From Potamilus streckersoni (lineage: Eukaryota): a stretch of DNA of 64,000 bases. Shown one piece after another: positions 51,177 through 61,395 of this stretch. The notes beneath the pieces were generated by a model. The model ran no database searches, had not been told where the DNA came from, and worked only from the letters and a program-made list of their open reading frames with translations. Location: assembly GCA_016746295.1 (NCBI GenBank), contig JAEAOA010000822.1, forward strand, positions 1,014,104-1,078,103, written 5' to 3'. The translations under genes were made by a program, and so were the position numbers. Positions within the stretch are counted from its first letter, which is position 1; each line of letters begins with the position of its first letter.

Positions 51177-54100
51177 CTGCAAACAGAGGAAACTAGAGCG
51201 ATTAGCGATGGGTGTATCGCAAAAGGCCCCGCTCATTACAATTTACTTGGAAGAGCCTTAGAGGAGATAGCACAATCAGGGGCCAGCACTCTTCAAAAAC
51301 AAAATGCTGCAAATATACTTCAAACTTCAATCAAGGTTGTGCCCAACAATAATCCCTGCTCAATTTATGCTGTAGCAAAGGCCATGTGTGGGCCAGAAAT
51401 CACTCACCTCAATGACATCTAACAACTGCAAGAGTTGTTGACCAAAACTCTGGATCAGTGTGATGCTGCCTTTAGAAATTCCCAATGATTTTTATTGCTT
51501 ATCTTCATCAGCATTACATTTCCAAAATTGAAGGACCTCCATGTCGTGAAACTTTGTCAAAAGTTCAAAAGATAATGGCGTACTGATGTTAATTTTTATT
51601 AGCAGCATCCATATCTGGTGACATACACATTTGTACAAATATTAAAGCCTTCATGCCAGACTATATTTTGTTAAATTTGGTCAAAATAAGGACAGCAACT
51701 ATTCTTAAGTCATCAAAAGTCTTTACAACAATCGTATTTGACTGGGGATTATATGCACAAAAAGTCCTCTTCTGCCTAAAAGCTTTGAGTCAAATCTGGT
51801 CAAATTCAACATGGTTTTTGATGGCCATTTTAAAAATCTCCATCTTTACCACGAGCAACACTAAGTCCTTAATGCTAATATGTTTTGTTGAGCTGTCTTA
51901 AAGAATAAATTCTAATTTTTTAAAGTACCATCAGTTAATTTTCATCACCGATCAGCATCAGTTGGACAAAAAGTGAAAGCACTGTCAGGATGCATTCTAT
52001 CAAATATGGTAAAATTTGGTTCATGCATTTTCAAGAAATTATTTAAAAGTAACAAGTCTTGATGGTGCATGCTGCCTGTACTAGTTAAGTGCAAATTGGT
52101 CAAGACCTTTTGAGAAAAAGTTATAAAGAGCAACTGTAAATAGATAATGCATGATTGGTAAAGGACCAATCTTGTTAGGCCTTATGGCTATACTGGATAA
52201 TCAGAAAGCACAAATCTAGATCGCCTGAAATGGAACTTGTGCAATACATCAATAAAAGCCTCGTACCAGATTTAGTTCAAATCCAACAAACCTGGTCTTT
52301 TAATCCAAACTAATCAGGAAAAAGAACAGATCTTGAAAACAATCTTTAACACCAGAATCGAACAATTTCAAAGCCTTTTCAATATAAAACCTTGTACACA
52401 AGATAGTAAAATCTAAAAAAGTTCCAAAATATCCAGTGGAAGCCAAATTGGTCATGGATGAACAGCTGAATGGACAGACAAGACAGACAGATGCAAATAA
52501 TGGGGATCTGTGACAACTTTGTCGAGCGGGGCCCTAATAAGTGGACAATACTATAATGAATATATAGTGCCTCTTACAAATTTTAAGACAAAATATTCCA
52601 ATATGATGATTATAACTCAGTTATCACCTAGTTTCAATTACAGTAACTGACAGGTTTGTTATCTAGGAACAAGAATGTACCAATTCGCACAATTTTGACT
52701 TTATAACAAAAGTTATTGAACAAGCATATTACTTAAAGTCCAATCTAAAGTTTAAAACTGCAGAAAAGCAGCAGGTCCATGTGCACCTCTTAGCTGTTCA
52801 TTCTCCCTTCCTATTCTCCCAAAACCCATTACCCAAAACATTACCCTAACACCATTCCCCACAGACAAAAATTTAAATATTCAAAACCTGAAAAATTGCC
52901 AAAAGATTTGAGCCTGGTCTTAAAATGGGGGATGACAATTGCCTAGCCCAACTAGCACGTACAACTAAAATGTTGGGCAAGTGCAGGGTGTCAAGCCAAT
53001 TTTGATGCCAAAATGTTAGCAATATAGGAACTTTCCCTTTAAAAAATGGAACTTTCATATTATAAATACTGGAACTTTGTATTTTTGTGCGCATGTTTCG
53101 ATTTTCTAGGACAGATATCAAATGGAAATGCATAAAACCAGCAATTTTCAATACAACTTAATGGTACTATATTCAATGCATCAACTCCCTCTGCTCTATT
53201 TAAACCCTTTTTTGTCATTTAAAGTTACAAGTTAGTCTTTTTTTTTTAAAATGTGAATCTGATGATAATTCTATGGTGTGATTTCAGAGTGGCACAAGAT
53301 TTTATATCAACATTATTACCAACAAGTCAATCTGAATTACTGGCTTTCAACAACTGGATTAAAATGTAATTTCAAACCTTACCTGGCATAGGATCTTTCC
53401 AAAATGTGCTCTAGACACAGCGTACTCATTTACGTAAGAAAATCTTTCCTAATATATGAAATTTTACATACTTGTTACATGATCTAAAAGAGAGAGAAGT
53501 TTAAAATATAAAAACAATAAGCAAGGATTTCAGAGCAGTTTTGGGTGGAAGTTGATATATATTTTCTAAACTTTAGTCCAGGCTATAGGGAATCCCTCTT
53601 CCAATGACCAATGGTAATTTGATAACTAGGTTTTATGGTTGATTAATATGTCAATAATTACTCTACAGGTATATACACCAATTAAATGGAAATCAAACAT
53701 TTCATTTTTTTGTATAGTTTAGTTATCTCAAAGCATTCATCTCCAAAGTTGCATAGCAATATGCCAAACTGTTCTGCTCATTATCCATCATTTTGTTGCT
53801 GAAATGTTCAAGTTATCAAATTCTGTACAAAATATAACTAAAAAATTCAAACTCACAGAAAATGTTAAAAATATATAAAACCAAGTCTTGCTTGTAATAT
53901 TTTTCTTTTAAATATGATCTCACAAGGAAACAATTTGGAAATGACAGAACATCTAACTCATACAATGGCAGGATGAATTAAATAAGCGGACATGAAAATC
54001 AAATCACAATAATAATAATTGATGAACTGTTGAGCCAAAGATTCATGTCACACAGGGTTTTCACAGTATGTACAATAAGATTCATGAACTGCTCAAGATA

Positions 54101-55096
54101 AAGTGTCATAAGGCAGCTGCCAGTGGGCTCACTGGTCATTACATCATTATCCAAGAGCATAAAGACAAAATAAAGTTTCTTGGTGCAAACTATGCTGATA
54201 TAACCATTCACATTTTTTAAAAAAGGGGGTGGTTAACACTGCAAAGGAAATCTTTTTTAATTTTTCATAACATGGATCATTTCTTTTTAATGACAAGGAA
54301 AAACTTCAGTTTTACAAGATCTCATTTTTACCTCTTACTTCAAATCCACATTTTAGACATCAAACATTAGATCTGAGAAGCTATAACGTACGAATCAGCA
54401 AGCTGATCTCACAATTGATAGGACGAAGGGTGCAAAGCATAACCAAGGATCAGCCCAACTTGACCACCATTCATATCCCTGTCCAAGATACAAGGATCCC
54501 ATAGCAATAGTAATAAATCACCTACACTGCCATGTCAAATATCTAGCACACATAAAATACTAATTTAGACAAACTGTGTAAACCAAGAGGTATAGGCAAT
54601 GCTTATGTTATTAGGTTCTAGTACTACAAACTCACTTTCCCCAATTCTCTGTTTCATGGCAAGTAAACAAAATGCCACTTATATGGTGCAGACTAAAAAT
54701 AAAGCTATATAGTGTCATTAACAAGAATAAGCATCAAGAATTAAAAGATATGTAAAATAAAAGATAAAACTAAACATACAATCTTCCTAATATGTCAACA
54801 GATCAATGTCAGATAAATGGAGCAATAAATTTATAGGAATAAAATGATTCATAACCATTTTAAAACCAGCAAAATTTTGAAAAGAACAAACTATTGGAAT
54901 ATGAACCAAATATATTACAAGCTTTTGTGGGATATAAATGGAAAAACTAAATCTCACTGTACACATACATTCCTGCACATGCGAGCTCTCTTAAAGTCAA
55001 CACAGAAACCAGTTGGAACAAAATCTACTTGGTTAGCAATCTACTACCAATGCCCTTTCAACCTCTGATCATATGATGGAAAAGGACATTACTTAC

Positions 55097-55281
55097 TGAG
55101 CCCAACCATTCTATCTGGTATAAGGAAATCTTCTGTGATGCTCATTCCAAGACCCGGATGGTTGGATTTGGGCCCCTGGCTGCTTGGAGATGTTGGATTC
55201 CCTGAGCCTTCCCTGCCTACTCCCAACTGCTGGTTGATTCGAGCAGCAGCTTCCTGAGCTGCCAATGCAGCCTGACTTGAC
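55097..55281 (-). CDS. FUBP/KHSRP: FUBP-like exon C ('SSQAALAAQEAAARINQQLGVGREGSGNPTSPSSQGPKSNHPGLGMSITEDFLIPDRMVGL'), start of KH1.
   Basis: Acceptor 'aatctattcttgtattcag|GTCAAGTCAGG', donor 'GGGCTCA|gtaagtaat'. Its end 'MSITEDFLIPDRMVGL(I)' matches human 'SVMTEEYKVPDGMVGFI'. The 5' boundary depends on the B/B' assignment. Confidence 0.75.
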
Positions 55282-56904
55282 CTGAATACAAGAATAGATT
55301 GCTATTGGGAATGGTAATTGCATTGTGCAAGTGTGTTTACAAAATGAAAATCTTCCTAACTTCTCCCTACAAAGCAATTTTAAAGGCAAATAACCAAGAA
55401 ATATGGGCCAGCGAGTTGCTTTCTGCTGAAATTGCTTGCAATGCTGCATTGGAAATGAAAACATGTCTTGGCAAAATATGCAATTTGACACTGCTATGAA
55501 TGACAGCATTGCAAAAACTAAGATAAACTCTAATGACCTTTAATCCTTAAAATGCTAGGCACAAACATTAGTAGTGCCGCCAGTTATGGTCTCATAGCAC
55601 TTGTTGTGACTTAAATAGTTTTCCAGGCAAGCAACAATGTGAACTTCCTATTACTTCAGCCTGCCACAACTGTTTGTAAAACTATATTTGATTGGTTTAC
55701 CGAGACCCAGAACGAGCATTCCATTTTGCTTTACTATGGAGTTAGCAAAAAAGTTTTACAAATTCTCGCTTTTGAGCACATGGTGGCTAGAAAAAAAATA
55801 AAAATAGCTGACTCTGAATACAACGATGATTTCTTGCAATAAATAATGGCTCTTGATAACGATGACAGTAATTTTGAAGGTTTTGAGGAGGAGCAAATTA
55901 CTGGAGCTAGGAAACGGTTGATGGCAATGCACACGAGTAATTTTTGAGTCAGAAATTGAAGCAAAACTGGAATATGATGTACATGCTGGCTGGACAAATT
56001 AAGATTGCATGCTTCTCAACTACCCATTCACTGGTATTTGAAAATTAAATGTTGAGATGGTAATCTATGAACCAATGAATTATCTGACTTTTTTAATGCA
56101 AATATAGTATAACAAATGAGAATTGAAAAGTTTACATGAACATTTATTACCAAATGGGTGTTTAAACTTCTAACATCCATGGAGTGGATGCTTATAAAGC
56201 TTACCTTTTCTTTACCCGTGATTTTCATAATTTAGATATGACATTGTAACCGACCTAACATGTACATTGTTCAAACAAGTAAAGATTATATTTCTTTGAT
56301 ATATTTGAACTTGCTATTTGTACAATGTGAGCAACAGAAAGCATACAAAACAGGAAACCAACTATTTCTGCACTTAGCCTGCTTCCATGCCTTAATTACT
56401 GGAGATGACATCCATTACTTAAGGACAGACACGACTGTCCTATATGTAATCAATTATTACAATGAACTCTTGATTAGGAAAGATTGTTTTGATCAAAAAC
56501 AAGCATAAAAGGAATATTTTATTTGTTACTATCAGTGATGGATGCTACAGTCTGTAAACCAGGCTAATGTATGTTAAGAAATGCCATTGGGGTACGAAAG
56601 TTGAATTGGTCTTTAGAATTAATCTGTACTGCCGGGATTGGGGGTGGGGTGAATAAGGTCATTATCTATTAAATCAACCAGAGAATCATTTGTGGGATTT
56701 GATGGAGTGTTCAAGACTTCTGATGTTTGTTGTTAATCCCCGAGATGTCAAGTAATTAAAGCCCATTCACAAAGCTGTCTATTCAAGTTGGTGCAACCTG
56801 GTTACATACTTAGCTAATCCTATCCTAGTATGTCATCATTGAATGAAGCAGTTGACTTTTGTCTCTGTCTGACTATATGGTTCTGTGTCTAGACGAGATA
56901 ACTT

Positions 56905-56998
56905 TTTTTTTGTTGTTGTTGTTGTGGTGGGGGCTTAACGCCATTTTTCTGCACACAAAAGCTACACATGGCGTCCGTATTAATGGTGGAGAAAGAAC
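56905..56998 (-). mobile_element. 5'-truncated copy of SINE family Y (tail region), intronic
   Basis: 'ttgttgttgttgttgtggtgggggcttaacgccatttttctgcacacaaaagctacacatggcgtccgtattaatggtggagaaagaacc' parallels 8291-8390 of the full copy, including the (CAA)n tail read on the minus strand. Confidence 0.5.
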
Positions 56999-57704
56999 CT
57001 GGAAATCACTGCTAAAATATGTGATCTTTAATATGTGATCTTTAATATGTGATTTCATGTTTAATGAGAAGTATACCTTTACTGCTATATAATTTTATTT
57101 GCAGAGGAATGCATTCAATATTTCAGCATGAAATATTAATAAAGAAAAGAATACATGTACAGTTATTGGTTTTATGCGTCTTGAAATTATTTTGAAACCA
57201 GACCATGGAAAACTAGTCTTTTTTTGTGTGTACAAGCCTGCAGTGAGGCCATGTCTTGAGACTGCTTTTTGTTGGGAGAAAGAGTGGTTTCTCATAACTT
57301 GTTTTACTGTATTGAAAAATACTTCCTCCTAAGATGTTCTCTGCCCAATTCAATACAATAATGCTCTATAGATTCCTTTCAAAAATACTGAAATAGCGTC
57401 GTTACGCTTGCAAAAGAGCCATAACACTAGCCTTTTTGCTAAAAATCCTATTTTAGGGGCAATGGATCATTTTATTATATTCTTAGCAGAAGATTCCAAG
57501 AAAAGCTTTTCAAACTTCAACATCATTTAAATTTATTTACATTTATGACAACTTCAAATTCATTGCAATTATCACCATGCACGAGAAACCAAAATTTTCT
57601 TGAAACAAAGTCTTAACTTGTATATCAAGACTTTCTTTTAAATTGTCAAATTAACCTGGCTTTGTCATAAAGATTGTACATTTAATAATTATAATTATAC
57701 CAAC

Positions 57705-57744
57705 CTTTGTTGATCTGCCATTGCTTTCAGTTGTGCACCAATTG
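57705..57744 (-). CDS. FUBP/KHSRP: Candidate FUBP-like micro-exon B' ('(P)IGAQLKAMADQQ(R)'), 40 nt.
   Basis: Acceptor 'gtttgtttttcag|CAATTGGTGC', donor 'CAACAAAG|gttggtat' (the same unusual donor as at 38306). It is the only segment found between B and C that restores the reading phase (B ends +1, B' starts with 2 nt and ends +2, C starts with 1 nt). Homology is weak. Confidence 0.35.
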
Positions 57745-58817
57745 CTGAAAAACAAACATTTCTCAAAAAGCTAGTATCTAAACAGAATTCTACTGACAAA
57801 ACTTTATTTTATACAAATGATAATTAAAATAAAATTGTATTGTGAATTACAATTGATGCCAAAATCTGAAACTTAAAAACAACATTAATTTTCTTCTCTT
57901 CTGACATCATTTTACTGTCTTCAAGCTTGGGATGTCTGAAACTTTTGGTGTACTAGTTTTCAGATATCAGTGCATCTATTCACTTTTAAATATTGATTTA
58001 CCCAATTTTATTCAAAATCTTCCCATTTCAATAATGATCTTTCAAACAGGCTTTCATGCGATTGTTACAAAATTACAACTTTAAACCCCTGTATAAACAA
58101 TTATATTTTACCTTTTTCCCATGAGAATTCAGCTGTCAATAATTAAATGAACAGATTAACAAACTACTGTGATTTAACTGTCAACAGAGGAGAAAATGGA
58201 TGCCGCAAGTTGTGACTGAGATAATAGAGCTAACAAACTTGCATGCTGCACCGATGAATGAAAAATAGTAACCCCAAAATGTGAGAATGAAAATAGTAGT
58301 AGTTAGCACAACAAAATTAAACATTGCAAAATAAACAGGGCCAGAAAAACTATTTAGGCATAAATTTTCTCCTCTGACCATAGTGTCATGAAAATTAGAG
58401 AAGCTTTCTACAGTGGCAATGCTAATGCTTTATTCACATTGGAAAATTGTTAGTAGGTGTAATAACTCCTGAATACTAAAAATGACGACATAACTCATGG
58501 GGGATAATGTGTGGATTTCACTTTCATTTGGCCATTGGTGAAATGGAACCAAGTCAGTCCTACTCTTCCCTCCATGTTTTGCTGATGTTACATTTTTTTT
58601 CTGACCCTGATTAAAATAGTGTTACTAAAGATGTAGCTGGAGCAAAATTGTGACAACAAACAGTACAAGAGCACAATTTGAAAAAGTTTGCCCTTTTCCA
58701 TCATCTGTCGGAATCAGTTGATAACTGCCTAAACAGTTGATAACTGCCTAAACAGACAGCTGTGATGGTTAAATACAATATTTTGATAGTAGTGAAGGTT
58801 AGCATGAGGAGACATAC

Positions 58818-58859
58818 GGTCATTTATGGCAGCAACACTCTTCTTTGCTTCAGGCTCAC
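58818..58859 (-). CDS. FUBP/KHSRP: FUBP-like micro-exon B ('(G)EPEAKKSVAAIND'), 42 nt. The 3' boundary is uncertain.
   Basis: Acceptor 'ttttctctacag|GTGAGCCTGAAGCAAAGAAG', donor 'AATGACC|gtatgt'. The peptide parallels human 'QPDAKKVAPQND' / KHSRP 'QPESKKLASQGD'. An alternative donor 'AATATT|gtattt' 41 nt further would change the phase. Confidence 0.55.
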
Positions 58860-61295
58860 CTGTAGAGAAAAGAACAAAAACGAACACCATACAAACATGC
58901 CCTTTTTAACGTCACCAAGTGATCACATCTGGTCATTGTTACATCTTGTCTGTGTATATTTGTTCTTTTAAATGCCAATAAAACAAGACGTGATATTGCA
59001 TATATTTTAATTAAAATATTAGAGAACTTTTTCTTCCAAAACTTGTAAACTTTATTTACCATAATTAACCAATGATGGTATATAACCTGACCAAATGGAT
59101 CCATAGTGCCTTATGAATAGCAAGCAATAAAAAGTGAAACAGTATACATAGTTATAATATATGAAATATAGGACTCCAACTACCAAAGCTTTGACCACAT
59201 ATAATGTATAGGTTTTTTTGGTAAGAATTCTATACTTTCACAAAGTGTTCTGCATATTTTTAAATAGCTGCCAACAACCATATCCCTTAATACAAGCCAG
59301 TGCAACACTTTTTACATGGTTACAACAAATGTCAAATGAGGACTAGTTTCTATTTACTGAATTCCAATGTTTCCAAATTAGTGACTGACATTTCATCAAT
59401 ATCATAAGATCTAATTATGAACACAATCACTTTTCACATTAGAAACAAATCAAGCTAGAGTAGCAGTGACAATGTTGTAGTTTCTTGCTTCCTTTCTAAA
59501 AAGATCAAAATTCTAACAACCTGTGTGTTCACACCACAAAGAAAAAAACCCTTCAAACATTGTTATCACAAATGATTTAACAATTGGTCATTACTATAAC
59601 CCATTGTAAAGGAAGTGATTATTTAAAAGTCTAAAAATAATTCTTGGTTAAAAAAGAAACAAACTCCCATTTATATTCATAAAAATTGCTGTCAAAATAT
59701 AGTTGTGAAAAGACAGCTTGCATTTTGGTTTACAAAGCTGTCTCATTCTATATAAATATTTGCACCCTTTGTCATTCAAACAATACCTGAAAACGAAAAA
59801 AAATTTTAAACTCTGCAGCCAAGGACTAGCATGTACAGAAATTACTAATCCCACTTCATCTTCACTAATCTTTCTAACAATGAGGCAACAAGATTACTAG
59901 CAACCAGACTATTGAAATTGTTAAAACTTGTCGTCGGAAAGGAAATGTAATGCAATCTGGCCAGCTGGTGACCACTGATTGCAAACCAAGTGATGGACTA
60001 CTGGTCAATATAAAGCACAAATGGACTGAAGTCCACATTACTGATCAAAGAAAACATTCTAACAATTGTCTGAAATTACCAATATCTCATGTTAAATTCA
60101 TTCAAGACACAATCTAACTTGAAATATTTAGATACAATGCATGTGGTGCACATTTCAGTAGCATTAACCTGACTCAACTTTAACAAGTAGTGCATTTAAT
60201 AGCAACCTTGACAATATTTCTGGGCTTTTTTCAAGACACTTTTTGTTCCAAAATGCAAGAAAAATTTATTAATTTAGGGCATGCACACATTGAACAAATT
60301 TCATCTTATTTAGACATGTGAACCGGTAGAGCCAAGAAATTAAGAATGTAGGGTTAGCCAGCTTTTTAAAACTGATCCAGAATTAGACGAGGCATAGACA
60401 TAATAACCTATTTTAATTTCAAAAATTTTTCAGTTGCCCCAAAATTGTGATCACCATAAATGACTTCAAGGGCATTATTTTTACCCTAACTTGTAACCCC
60501 TAGACGAAAAACTAGCAAAAATTTGTATTCAAATGGTCATCAAGAAATTACCCAAGCGTGCTAATATAATACTATTATTCGGAGAAACGTAAATGTTTAC
60601 TATTTGCTACTATCTTTATTAAACAAGCTGTGTCAAAACCTCAAGATCCAATGATTAGCAGTATTGTACTTTTTTGATTGTTGAGAGTCAAAGCTTTGGA
60701 AATGGAATCTGTTAAATTATCATCTATTTACAAAAGATCAATAGTATTCTGCCAGCCAGTAGAAAATAAATTCTTTAAAAGGATCAATAGTCCAGTTTCT
60801 GCTTAAACTGATGGGCTGGATATTTACAGACTTTTGGAGAAAAGTTTTTACAGAACAGCACCCACCCCAACCCTATACATTCATGTGTTTGAGAAATGTC
60901 ACATGACAAAATTGGATTAGGAAAAGACCCAAAGTATGTAGTTACGAGCTCTATCCTTGTATACCCAACCGGCCTGGCAGAGGATACATTCTTGCCTCTA
61001 AAGTGTCTCAAATTTAATTTTGTTAATAAGATCTCTGCCTTCCCATCATGCAGGTTCCAAAATTCCTTGTCAAGCTAAAAAAAAGCATTTTTGGGGGGCA
61101 TTACTGGAAAATCCACATTTCAGGTTACACATTTTTTCCAGTTGTACTAATGTCAACACAAAATATGAACCAAGTGATCTCAATTTAGGATTACAGCCAA
61201 GACATAATGAACATAATGTTAATAGGGGCAGAGACATTGTTGAGACACATGACAAGAGGCAAGAAATGAATGACAACGACAGGGAGACAACTCAC

Positions 61296-61395
61296 CAAAA
61301 CCTGAGCCATCTCCCTCAAGAGGTCTCTTCATAGATGTCATACCATCACCACCTCCAGATCCACCTGTCCCTGGTTGATTAATTTTTGCAGCAAT
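61296..61395 (-). CDS. FUBP/KHSRP: FUBP-like exon A (N-terminal helix, 'IAAKINQPGTGGSGGGDGMTSMKRPLEGDGSGF'). Phase 0 start, ends with 1 nt.
   Basis: Minus-strand acceptor 'ctttgcttttaacag|ATTGCTGCAAAAATT'. An in-frame TAA lies immediately upstream, so the exon cannot extend further. Donor 'GGTTTTG|gtgagt'. Matches human 'QIAAKIGG...GQKRPLEDGDQ'. Confidence 0.8.

Larger units (their letters stand above)
31464..61395 (-). other. FUBP/KHSRP: Gene locus: FUBP/KHSRP-family protein with four KH domains (far upstream element-binding protein homolog). It has at least 18 coding exons. The 5'-most exon with the ATG was not identified and the 3'UTR extends below 31464.
   Basis: The colinear reconstructed peptide is '[338 protein letters not shown]..(GPG)n..QGWGGGYGQQ..DPNAAAWAAYYAQYY..GQPDYSAAWAEYYRQQ..*'. 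It matches the human FUBP1/KHSRP domain order, the GXXG loops and the C-terminal Tyr-rich motifs. All junctions are AG/GT with consistent phase. Confidence 0.9.

Noticed and set aside
53390-53440. Minus-strand 'cag|gtaagg' donor with upstream ORF at 53390-53440 as a KH1 exon
   Set aside because: Translation in all frames ('NEYAVSRAHFGKILCQ' and others) does not match the FUBP KH1 N-terminus. The real KH1-start exon is 55097-55281.
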